Assembly (NCBI GenBank): GCA_028044295.1
Contig: JAOFSE010000011.1
Coordinates: 890 to 64,889, forward strand
Direction: 5' to 3'
DNA length: 64,000 bases
Origin: Sulfurimonas sp.
GTDB lineage: Bacteria > Campylobacterota > Campylobacteria > Campylobacterales > Sulfurimonadaceae
Below are positions 1-9,007 of this stretch, in pieces. The position numbers and the translations under genes were made by a program. The notes under the pieces are model-generated. The model worked only from the letters and a program-made list of their open reading frames with translations. It searched no databases and had not been told where the DNA came from. Position 1 is the first letter of the stretch; each line of letters begins with the position of its first letter.

Positions 1-41
1 GCTACTATATCTTCTAGTTTAGTTTTGAGTAAATTTTTCAT
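1..41 (-). CDS. 5' fragment of a gene running off the window (MKNLLKTKLEDIV...)
   Basis: ATG at 41 preceded by AGGAGA SD (54-49); frame open to the window edge. Confidence 0.65.
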   Translation of the reverse strand, partial: MKNLLKTKLEDIV

Positions 42-55
42 AACAATCTCTCCTG

Positions 56-83
56 TGCTATAGAGGATTATAACTCTATAGCA
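56..83. promoter_or_regulatory. 10-bp perfect inverted repeat TGCTATAGAG/CTCTATAGCA with a minus-strand TATAAT in the spacer
   Basis: arms 56-65 and 74-83 read directly; sits just upstream of the SD of the partial gene. Confidence 0.5.
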
Positions 84-89
84 AAATAT

Positions 90-407
90 TTATTGAGCGC
101 CATATTGACGTGAATCTATCTCTTCCATAAATCTCTCTAAAGAAAAGGTAACTAAATTTGCTAAATCTTGTGGTGTTTTTTCTAGGTAACCATGCGTCAA
201 AGGCATGTGCTGTACATGAGGGTCTGTCCCGCTTGATGTATTATATGTGAACTGAACATATGCTCCTCCAGATTCACCACTACCATCTGCATTTTCTGTA
301 ACCTTAACTCCCGGGATGAAATAATCTATTTCAACATCAGGGTCTACAGAGATTTTGTCAATAATTCCAACTGCTTCTTGCAATCTTTCTCTTTGTTCTA
401 CTAACAT
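90..407 (-). CDS. hypothetical acidic protein, 105 aa
   Basis: ORF with GGAGG SD; no recognisable motif. Confidence 0.75.
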   Translation of the reverse strand: MLVEQRERLQEAVGIIDKISVDPDVEIDYFIPGVKVTENADGSGESGGAYVQFTYNTSSGTDPHVQHMPLTHGYLEKTPQDLANLVTFSLERFMEEIDSRQYGAQ

Positions 408-666
408 AATATCCTCCTTTGAGGACTCTATTAATCAAAGTTTATTTTAAATATACATTTATAAATAAGCTTGGCATATACTGGATTGAGATATTCTCCT
501 AAATATCATTATCAATCACTATCTTATATATACTACCTAAATAAGTTTTACTAATAATATATGATACAAAATCAATAAAAATAATTCAGAATAAAAGAAG
601 TTTAATTAATCTTAATAAAAAAGTGATATATTGTAAAAAAATAAAGAGACTATATAAGGAATAAAT

Positions 667-1041
667 ATGAGTGAACAAGCAAAAATACTAGAAGACATGC
701 AAGAGTTAATCATGGCTATCTTAAAAAAAGGTGCTGCAACAGAAGAAGAAGGGAATAAACTTGATGAGCTTGAAAATTTAATGCTTCAACAAAAATGTTA
801 TAGAAGCGTTGATAATGAAAACTATGAATGTCAAGGGGAAGAGATTACCTCTCTTTTATTTAATAAAAATATTAATCAAGCAATCGATAAACTTATCGAG
901 TATGAAATCACAGCTGAAGACTTTTTTGGATTTGCTGAGTACCATTATGATGAAGATGACGAGGCAGAAATAGTAGCTATCTTTACTGATGAGCTTATTG
1001 TAAATGTAAACAAAATGTATAAAGATAAAGCCAACACTTAA
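667..1041 (+). CDS. hypothetical acidic protein, 124 aa
   Basis: ORF with AAGGA SD; very D/E-rich. Confidence 0.75.
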   Translation: MSEQAKILEDMQELIMAILKKGAATEEEGNKLDELENLMLQQKCYRSVDNENYECQGEEITSLLFNKNINQAIDKLIEYEITAEDFFGFAEYHYDEDDEAEIVAIFTDELIVNVNKMYKDKANT

Positions 1042-1134
1042 TCTTTAACTGAAGTTTATTTTATTTTTCAACTTAAATATTTAATTACTAATTACCATGA
1101 TTTAATGATAAAATACGAAAAAATATAATGGGAA

Positions 1135-1704
1135 ATGACAATGGATGAACTAAAAGACTATCTTAAAGAAGGTTTTTCAGAAGATAATAAGAACAAAGCT
1201 GCCAAAGTAAAAGACACGAGTGCGACTGATAAGAAAAATATTGAACTGGCAAAACTTTATGAAGATACGGCAGAGTACGAAGCAGAACTAAAAGTTTTTG
1301 AAGAAGAGTTAGAAATTATCAAAGAAAATGAACTCAAAGATATCCCAGCTGAGTTCGCTAAAAAATTTCCTGATGAAGATAGAGATTATGAACAAGAGTT
1401 GCAAAATATCTTATCAGCTACTTGGTCTCACTTAGCAGAGGTTAAAAAAACACACTCATCAGAGTATTTAGAACTTATAACTCAAACACCTTTTTGTGAT
1501 GTTTTAGAAAAATTCAATGCAACATATCCTGAGTATGATAGAAACTTTGAAACTGAGGTAAGAAATATTTTCGTACAAAGATGGGAAACTCTCATTTCAA
1601 TTAAAAAAGAACATATCAAAGAAGAAGAAACCGATATGAAGATAGCAGGTCTAAAACCAAGCTTTGTTAAAAGAATATATAAACAAATACATGGATCAAA
1701 GTAA
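1135..1704 (+). CDS. hypothetical acidic helical protein, 189 aa
   Basis: long ORF, E/K-rich, coiled-coil-like. Confidence 0.75.
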   Translation: MTMDELKDYLKEGFSEDNKNKAAKVKDTSATDKKNIELAKLYEDTAEYEAELKVFEEELEIIKENELKDIPAEFAKKFPDEDRDYEQELQNILSATWSHLAEVKKTHSSEYLELITQTPFCDVLEKFNATYPEYDRNFETEVRNIFVQRWETLISIKKEHIKEEETDMKIAGLKPSFVKRIYKQIHGSK

Positions 1705-1725
1705 ATTATTTATACTTTGATTTAT

Positions 1726-2193
1726 CTATTTTACTTCAAAATTCACTTCATCTAAATCAAAATCTTTTAACTTCTCACTAATCCATTGAGCTACATTAGA
1801 GTCTTCATTAAAGAAGAAGTAAATACTTCCCCCATCCTCATCATTTTTTATAAGTATACTTTCATTGGAATTTGCTTCCCACTCAGCTAAAGATTCATAC
1901 TCTACATACTCTTTTTGCATAACATAGCTCTGTAGTGTTATCTCTTTCTCAAGAGAGTAAAAAAGAAATCTTTTAGAAGAGACATCTTCTACCTTAACAG
2001 GTGTAGGTGAGCTCAAGTGATGAAGTTTGTATCCAAACTCTTCTAACATGTCTAAAAGAAATTCTTTTGACCATGTAAGAACTTGCTTCATACACTTCTT
2101 GGTAGCTGGGTCTGTGTTGTCTCTATCCAAGTATGATGTGTTATAGTCCTTACATATATTACTATAGTCTATTCCAATACCAACTATTTTCAT
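1726..2193 (-). CDS. hypothetical protein, 155 aa
   Basis: ORF starting 1 nt after the MOSC gene stop, probably co-transcribed. Confidence 0.75.
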   Translation of the reverse strand: MKIVGIGIDYSNICKDYNTSYLDRDNTDPATKKCMKQVLTWSKEFLLDMLEEFGYKLHHLSSPTPVKVEDVSSKRFLFYSLEKEITLQSYVMQKEYVEYESLAEWEANSNESILIKNDEDGGSIYFFFNEDSNVAQWISEKLKDFDLDEVNFEVK

Positions 2194-2194
2194 A

Positions 2195-2644
2195 TTAAGC
2201 TTCTTTAATAACTTTCACTTCATTACCAACAGCGACTTCACCGTAAGCAACAGGCTCAATAATAAGTCCACGGTTACCATGAATAAGTTCAGGTAACTCT
2301 GGTGCAATAGCATATAAGTAACGGTACGCTTCACATGGTCCAGTTACTTCAAACTCTGTTTCACCTATTTGAATTATTGAACCAGCTTTTAGATGGTATA
2401 GGTTAACATCAACATAAATGCTTTCCATTAAAAGACCTTCGTCAATAACAAGTTCTGCTTCTTCAATAATATCGTAACTTTTTTTACAAACTAAAACTAT
2501 TGGAGAATCTACACCCTCGTCATAGTCTCTACTTCCAACGATACCATTTGTATCACAATCAAAGTCTTCACACTTCATACGATGTCCAGCACGCACCATA
2601 TCTGGCATAGTAATATATAATGATAATACTTTTCCGTTTGTCAT
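2195..2644 (-). CDS. MOSC-domain protein (YiiM-like)
   Basis: GKVLSLY N-terminus, GSIIQIGETEFEVTGPC (conserved Cys), RGL and GEVAVGNEV patterns. Confidence 0.75.
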   Translation of the reverse strand: MTNGKVLSLYITMPDMVRAGHRMKCEDFDCDTNGIVGSRDYDEGVDSPIVLVCKKSYDIIEEAELVIDEGLLMESIYVDVNLYHLKAGSIIQIGETEFEVTGPCEAYRYLYAIAPELPELIHGNRGLIIEPVAYGEVAVGNEVKVIKEA

Positions 2645-2872
2645 TTTTCATCCTTTATTATAATAATAAAAATTTTTCGTGATATTAGCATAATTTCTCT
2701 GTAGTCTTATCGCTATAATTAAATAATGATAAATTAATAAGCTTCTATAAATATTATTCATTTTTATCCGATATTAACTACATGAAAAAATTAATCAAAA
2801 AAATATTTAGAAAAAAGCAAAAAAATAGCGATGAAATTGAGTACCTAGTGTATAACTTTCATTTTGGACTAG

Positions 2873-3995
2873 TTAAATAGAGTCTACTTCAACTTTATTT
2901 CTACCACCATCTTTAGCTCTATAAAGTGCTTGGTCGGCTCTATTAAGTATTGAGTTTAATGACTCTTCCCCATTTAGTGCAGCAACTCCAAAAGATGCTG
3001 TTCTTTTACCTACATCTAAAAAGTCCTTAGCTCCTATAATATTTTTGATTTTATTCGCAGCTTCTGTTGCTTGTTGAAGATTTAACTTTGGAAGTAGGAT
3101 TAAAAAACTCCTCTCCACCCCATCTTCCAACTGTGTCAGTATCTCTCAATGAGTTACTTAAAATACTAGCAAACTCTTTTAAGAAGTTATCCCCAATATT
3201 GTGCCCATATCTATCATTAATGGTTTTGAAGTTATCTATATCTATTAGTATAATTGAATAGTCTGTTTCATAACGCTTAGCTTGGTTCTGTTCATACTCA
3301 AATAATTTTTCTAAATGATGTCTATTATAGAGATTAGTAAGCTTATCTGTTATAGATAATTCTTCAAATTTATCTTTTTCTTTTTTGAGTTCATCAGTTC
3401 TTTTACTTACTAAATATTCCAAATTTTGATTGAGTTGTTCTAGCTCCTGTGATTGAGTCTCTTTTACATATTCGTATATATTTAACATTGTAAATATAAC
3501 AATCACATATAATGCTGTTGTATATAGATCAAAGTTAGAGTATTTTGTATCTATGGTGTCACTTAATTGCATAAGTGTTATTAAAAGTACTATAAATATA
3601 AGACTGTATAAACCTATTTTCTTACCCTTTAAAAAATAAATACCATGTCCAAGTAAAATAAATACTATTATTCTTGTTGATTGCTCAGTAGCATATATAA
3701 ATGTATACATACTTAAGATAAATGCTATCAATAAAAGTGCTGTTGATATTCTCTCTATGTGTCGTTTGTCTTTTCTAAGCATTACTAATAATCCTATAGC
3801 AACAAATGAGAGTCCTATTTCTATAGAGCCTAAAACACAATGATCATTGTAAAGTCTCATAACTCCTATAACTGATGTAAATATTATTGCTAAAGTAGCT
3901 ATATAGTTTAAATAAATAAATTTATATTTTATGTTTTTTTCATCACTTGTAAATACGTGTCCACTATGTATATAGTTATGTTTTAATTGTTTCAT
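2873..3995 (-). pseudogene. membrane-anchored diguanylate cyclase (GGDEF) split by a +1 frameshift
   Basis: TM helices, then DKLTNLYNR, IDIDNFKTINDRYGH, RDTD I-site and RWGGEEF; the domain continues in another frame (LILLP...ASFGV...RADQALYRAKDGGRN). Removing one base of the A6 run at 3102-3107 fuses the two ORFs. Confidence 0.8.
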
Positions 3996-4052
3996 GGCGG
4001 TATGATACATATTATAAATGGATTAAAAATGGATTTTTTGTTAAAATGTGTC

Positions 4053-4715
4053 ATGAAATTCCTAATTATTGACACAAATAAAAAATACTCCAAACAGATT
4101 CAGAGCTACTTTCAATTAAAAGACATAGCTATTGATGAAGAAAATAGCTATGATAATATCTTAGATAATCAAAAACATATTAACCTTAATAATTATGATG
4201 CTTTTATTTTCTCTATTAGCTATACGGATGCAAGTTCATTAGATATTCTTGATTATATGAAATTAATCAATCTTGATACCCCTGTTATACTTATAGATTA
4301 TGACAACTCAATAGAGTTATGTAGTAAAGGGTTTTCCAGAGGGGCTGAAGACTATTTACATACTCCCTTTGATATAAAAGAGTTAGAGTTGAGAGTTATG
4401 AAGTCAGTTAGGAAAAAGGTCTCCCAACAAGATGAAATTCAACTACCAAATGATTACTCTTACATGTACAGCGACAATGTAGTGTCACATAGACACCTAG
4501 GGATTGATTTAACTAAAAAACAAAAAGCTCTTTTATATCTATTTATGACCCATAAAAATTCTATGGTAACATATGAGATGATTCAAGATTCAGTATATGA
4601 CGGGAAGTTTTTTACAAACAATGCTATAGCAACACATATAAGAGATATAAAGAAGAAAATAAAAGGTATTCCTATTAAGGCCGTGAAGGGTGAAGGGTAT
4701 ATCTTAAAAATCTAA
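4053..4715 (+). CDS. OmpR-family response regulator with atypical (pseudo-)receiver domain
   Basis: receiver-like MKFLIID...GAEDYLHTPFDIKELELR plus winged helix (LTKKQ, VTYEMI, IATHIRDIKKK, KAVKGEGY); start ATG 4053 preferred over 3987. Confidence 0.8.
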   Translation: MKFLIIDTNKKYSKQIQSYFQLKDIAIDEENSYDNILDNQKHINLNNYDAFIFSISYTDASSLDILDYMKLINLDTPVILIDYDNSIELCSKGFSRGAEDYLHTPFDIKELELRVMKSVRKKVSQQDEIQLPNDYSYMYSDNVVSHRHLGIDLTKKQKALLYLFMTHKNSMVTYEMIQDSVYDGKFFTNNAIATHIRDIKKKIKGIPIKAVKGEGYILKI

Positions 4716-4739
4716 GATATACTAATTCTACATGTAGAG

Positions 4740-6701
4740 TTAAATTATTCTATCACTTCCACCGTCTATAGCTACTTGTGAGCCAGTAGTTTTTGAAAAT
4801 GGTTTTCCTGCCATTGCACATACTAATTCTGCAACATCACTTGAACAGATTTCAGTTTTTAGGACATTGTTAGTTTTGTACTCTTGGACTGAAATTCCAT
4901 GAGCTTTTGCACGGTTAGCTAAAACCTCATCAGTCCAGATAGCTGTGTCAAAAACAGCATGAGGATGAAGAGTGTTTACGCGTACTCCAAACTCTCCTAG
5001 TTCAAGAGCTGCTATGCGAGCTAGTTGCGTCTGTCCAGCTTTTGCAACCGAGTAAGCAGCAGCTCCTTTACCTGGTGCTGGAAAGTTTTTAGAAGCTACC
5101 ATAACTATAGCCGAGTCAATTCCCAGTTTCAAAAATGGTGCAGTCTCTTTTATAAGCTTTTGATGTGAAGTAAGATTTATATCCATACTTCTTTGCCAGT
5201 TCTCATCACTTAAAGAGTCTAGATTTTCACTAGGTGTAAATATACCAGCATTTGAAACTACTATATCTATCCCACCAAAACTCTTCACCGCGATAGCTAC
5301 AGCTTCTTGTATATCTTCGCAACATGTAAGATCACATTTTACACCTATCATGTCAGGTTTATTAAAAATGTTTGTTATTTCAGGATTGATATCAAGTGCT
5401 ACTACAGCAGCTCCGCGAGCATTTAACATCTTAGCTATTGCAAGACCGATTCCACTAGCAGCTCCAGTCACTACTGCAATCTTACCGTTAAACTCAGGTG
5501 CACTTCCAGCTTTTTTCAGCTTTGCCTGCTCTAGTGACCAGTACTCAACTTCAAATATATTAGCAGCACTAAGTGCTTTATAGCCACCAAGTTTCTCAGC
5601 TCTTAAAATAGCCTCAAATGTATGATCATTTATATCTTTAATGATATTTGCTTCTTTAGCATTTTTACCAAAAGAGAGAGTTCCACTGTTTTTTAGTATT
5701 GCAAAGTTTGGCGCTGGATTTAGAAGAGTTTCATTTGCTTTATTATCTTCAAAATACTGTTTATAATCTTTTATATAAGACTCTAAATCTGCATTGAAGT
5801 CACTCCCAAAAATTGCAGGAGTTCTTTTAGTTCTTATAACATGGTCAGGTGTAAGTGGACCTCTCGTTGCAATTGTGTCTACATCTGCTTGTGAGAAATT
5901 AACTGCTTCATCACTATCATTTAATATAGATATAGTTGCATGACCTTTTACTTCTGAGATTTTAGCTCTTATTTGTGCTAAGTTCATTAGGTCTACATGT
6001 AGCTCTTGTTTTTGAACATGTAGAGATGCTCCCTTGTCTGCTAAGTACTTCTCAGCCCTGTCTACAAGCTCTATAGTTTTCTCATAAGATTTTTTAGCAT
6101 CATCATTAAAAGTAAAAAGACCATGATTCATAAGAACCATACCTTCTAACTTAGTCCAATCAACATCTCTAGTCATATCATAGATTAGTTTTGCAAGAAC
6201 AAAGCCTGGCATAATGTAAGGGATAATGAGAACTTTATCACCATAAAGCTCTTTTATTTTATCTTCTCCACCCTCTGTATTTGTGATAGTTACAACAGCA
6301 TCAGTATGAGTATGGTCAACAAATTTAAAAGGAATAATTGCATGAAGGATAGCTTCAACAGAAGGGTTTGGAGCTGATGGATTTGTCATAGCAAGTCTTT
6401 GGTACTTAACCATATCTGGATCATTAAGTTCTTTTAGTTCTGCCATCTTTAAAAGCATTTCCATCTTAACAGGAGCAAATCCTTCTCCTTCTATAGTAGC
6501 TAAGTCCCAACCACTACCCTTTACCAGTAGGATGTCTTCCGTATCACCAAAAAGATTAGTTGCAGTAGACTTTACAGATGTATTTCCACCACCATGTAAA
6601 ACTAGAGACGCGTCACGTCCTAGTAGTCGCGATGTATATACTCTTAAATCTAAATCTGTTTTAAACTCTTTTGCTTCATTGTCTTGCCATAAACTTGTCA
6701 T
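4740..6701 (-). CDS. bifunctional class II aldolase / short-chain dehydrogenase (RhaD-SDR, YuxG-like fusion)
   Basis: aldolase motifs GGGNTSVK, SVE, HTH, NHG; SDR motifs TGAASGIG, NAG, YSVAK. Confidence 0.9.
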   Translation of the reverse strand: MTSLWQDNEAKEFKTDLDLRVYTSRLLGRDASLVLHGGGNTSVKSTATNLFGDTEDILLVKGSGWDLATIEGEGFAPVKMEMLLKMAELKELNDPDMVKYQRLAMTNPSAPNPSVEAILHAIIPFKFVDHTHTDAVVTITNTEGGEDKIKELYGDKVLIIPYIMPGFVLAKLIYDMTRDVDWTKLEGMVLMNHGLFTFNDDAKKSYEKTIELVDRAEKYLADKGASLHVQKQELHVDLMNLAQIRAKISEVKGHATISILNDSDEAVNFSQADVDTIATRGPLTPDHVIRTKRTPAIFGSDFNADLESYIKDYKQYFEDNKANETLLNPAPNFAILKNSGTLSFGKNAKEANIIKDINDHTFEAILRAEKLGGYKALSAANIFEVEYWSLEQAKLKKAGSAPEFNGKIAVVTGAASGIGLAIAKMLNARGAAVVALDINPEITNIFNKPDMIGVKCDLTCCEDIQEAVAIAVKSFGGIDIVVSNAGIFTPSENLDSLSDENWQRSMDINLTSHQKLIKETAPFLKLGIDSAIVMVASKNFPAPGKGAAAYSVAKAGQTQLARIAALELGEFGVRVNTLHPHAVFDTAIWTDEVLANRAKAHGISVQEYKTNNVLKTEICSSDVAELVCAMAGKPFSKTTGSQVAIDGGSDRII

Positions 6702-6705
6702 ACTA

Positions 6706-7776
6706 TTAGCCTCTAAATTTTTCTTGAATTTTATCGAAGTCTGCCTCGCAAACTCCTTTGTTTGTAATAAGTCCAGTTATTAACCTAGCTGGTGTTACAT
6801 CAAACCCATAATTAATAGCCGGTGAGTCTTTTGGAGTTATAAGAACTTCTCGTACAACTCCATCACTATCTACACCTCTCATATACTTAACCTCATCTTC
6901 ACTTCTTAACTCAATTGGTATCTCTTTTACACCATCTCTTATATCAAAGTCAAAAGTAGAAGCTGGAATAGCTACATAAAAAGGCACATCATTGTCATCA
7001 GCAGCTAATGCCTTTAAATAAGTTCCTATCTTGTTTGCTACATCACCATTAGCCGATACTCTATCAGCTCCAACTATTACCATATCTACTTCACCACTTT
7101 GCATTAGATGTCCACCAGTATTGTCAGCTATGATAGTATGATTTACACCACTTTGAGTGAGTTCCCAAGCAGTAAGAGATGCACCTTGGTTTCTAGGACG
7201 AGTCTCATCAACCCATACATGTACATCTATTCCACGGCGAAGTGCTTCATAGATAGGAGCGAGTGCAGTTCCTTCATCTATAACAGCTAACCATCCAGCA
7301 TTACAATGCGTTAAAATATTTATCTTCTTCTTATTTTTTTCTACCAATATACGCTCAATAATATTACATCCGTACTCGGCTATTTTTTGACTTTCTAAAG
7401 CCTCGTCATTATTAAGTTTTATCGCATATAGCTTTGAATCATTTACTAAATCAGTTGAATCCTTTAAAAGCTCCAACATTTTATCAACTGCCCACATAAG
7501 ATTTACTGCTGTTGGACGAGACTCACGAATAAGTAAAGCTTTTTCCTTTAACTTTTCATAGTCATCATCAACTTCCATAGACGCTATGTATATTCCAAAA
7601 GCAGCAACACTTCCTATAACTCCAGCACCACGCACTGTCATATCTTGTATTGCAGTTGCAACTTCTTGTGTAGTTTTTAAAACCTTCGTCTTATACTCAA
7701 ACGGTAGTTTAGTCTGATCTATTACTTCTAATAAACCATCATCATTTAACCATAAAGCTCTATATTTACCTTGCAC
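6706..7776 (-). CDS. mtnA: S-methyl-5-thioribose-1-phosphate isomerase
   Basis: DQTKLP, VRGAG, RPTAVNL, THCNAG, ETRP, GADR, NKIGTY. Confidence 0.95.
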   Translation of the reverse strand: MQGKYRALWLNDDGLLEVIDQTKLPFEYKTKVLKTTQEVATAIQDMTVRGAGVIGSVAAFGIYIASMEVDDDYEKLKEKALLIRESRPTAVNLMWAVDKMLELLKDSTDLVNDSKLYAIKLNNDEALESQKIAEYGCNIIERILVEKNKKKINILTHCNAGWLAVIDEGTALAPIYEALRRGIDVHVWVDETRPRNQGASLTAWELTQSGVNHTIIADNTGGHLMQSGEVDMVIVGADRVSANGDVANKIGTYLKALAADDNDVPFYVAIPASTFDFDIRDGVKEIPIELRSEDEVKYMRGVDSDGVVREVLITPKDSPAINYGFDVTPARLITGLITNKGVCEADFDKIQEKFRG

Positions 7777-8992
7777 TTTTTATAATCTCCAATATCTCAT
7801 CAGTATTCTCAATGCGCTCATAATTCATAACAAACTCTCTTGCAATTCTAAGTGCCATAGCTTCAGCTTCACGTCTTAGAGTTATATCGTTTATACCTCT
7901 AATCTCCTCAACTCCCGCAACACCATAAATTCGTCTCGCTATCTTACAACCAGCAAAACCTACACTGTCTTTGAGAATATTCTTAACAAAATTATTTTTA
8001 TAAGTATCTAATGTTTCAGAATCTAAGTATCCATCTACTAAAAGTGCTGTCTCTTTACTCTCTGCCCAAAATTCTAAGAACTTTTCACTAAATTTTTCTA
8101 GAGTATCTTTTATTACATGTAGAAGCCATTTTTGAAACTCTTCATCTTTTGTAACAATGGAGTGATGTATATAGTTATTTACAAGATTAGCTAGTAATGC
8201 TCCAACATCAAAACCAAATGGTCCAACAAAAGCGAACTCTGGATCAATCACATAAGTCTCATCACTATTTATCATAATAGAGCCTGTATGTAAATCTCCA
8301 TGTAATAATGCATCACTTTGTGTCATGAATGTATACTTTAATCCTAAAACTTTTGCCTTAAACTTTCTATCTGCAAAAAGTTTTTGAGCGTTTTCGTTTG
8401 ATTCTACATTTGCATTATCATTTGTTTCATGTTCCATAAAAGCAAAACTAAAAACCAAATCTTCAGTAAGCTTACACAGTTCAACATTTTGATTAAACTT
8501 TGCCATCAAGTCTCTTTTATCTACACTACTTAGAGATAATGAAGATGTGTAAAAGAGTGTGGCTGCCATGTATGTAGATATGTGTTCTGAGAAGTTTTCG
8601 TACTTGACTCTGTTAATAAGTCCTTCACGCATAATAATATGATTGGACAAATACTCCATAGCAACAAGACTCATCTCTTCACTAGAGTAATATACACGAG
8701 GTACAAAATTTGGAAATATAGAGTAAAACTTATCTAATGCTCTTATCTCATAAGTCATTCTCTCTCGAGAGAGTGGAAACTCTTCACCAACACATCTTAG
8801 ATATGGAACAGCCTGCTTTACTATCATAGATTTTTCTGGGTTATCAATGAGACTTACTAGATAAACAAAATTGAGATTTCCATCGCCAATCTCTTTAGCC
8901 TCTATTTCCTCTGACTCAAAAAAGTTCTTAATCTCTTTGATCTCTAGCAGATACTCAATTACACTGTTTTTATCTAATACTTTGTAGTCCAT
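7766..8992 (-). CDS. mtnK: S-methyl-5-thioribose kinase
   Basis: EIGDGNLNFV, VKQAVPY, LLHGDLHTGS, IDPEFAFVGPFGFDVG. Confidence 0.95.
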   Translation of the reverse strand: MDYKVLDKNSVIEYLLEIKEIKNFFESEEIEAKEIGDGNLNFVYLVSLIDNPEKSMIVKQAVPYLRCVGEEFPLSRERMTYEIRALDKFYSIFPNFVPRVYYSSEEMSLVAMEYLSNHIIMREGLINRVKYENFSEHISTYMAATLFYTSSLSLSSVDKRDLMAKFNQNVELCKLTEDLVFSFAFMEHETNDNANVESNENAQKLFADRKFKAKVLGLKYTFMTQSDALLHGDLHTGSIMINSDETYVIDPEFAFVGPFGFDVGALLANLVNNYIHHSIVTKDEEFQKWLLHVIKDTLEKFSEKFLEFWAESKETALLVDGYLDSETLDTYKNNFVKNILKDSVGFAGCKIARRIYGVAGVEEIRGINDITLRREAEAMALRIAREFVMNYERIENTDEILEIIKSAR

Positions 8993-9007
8993 TGTATATT
9001 CCCAGTT

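Noticed and set aside
2782-2880. 32-aa basic plus-strand ORF (MKKLIKKIFRKKQKNSDEIEYLVYNFHFGLVK)
   Set aside because: No SD, derived from A-rich intergenic sequence and overlaps the GGDEF stop; cannot be supported without expression data.
2873-3130. 85-aa ORF as an independent gene
   Set aside because: It is the out-of-frame C-terminal part of the GGDEF domain.
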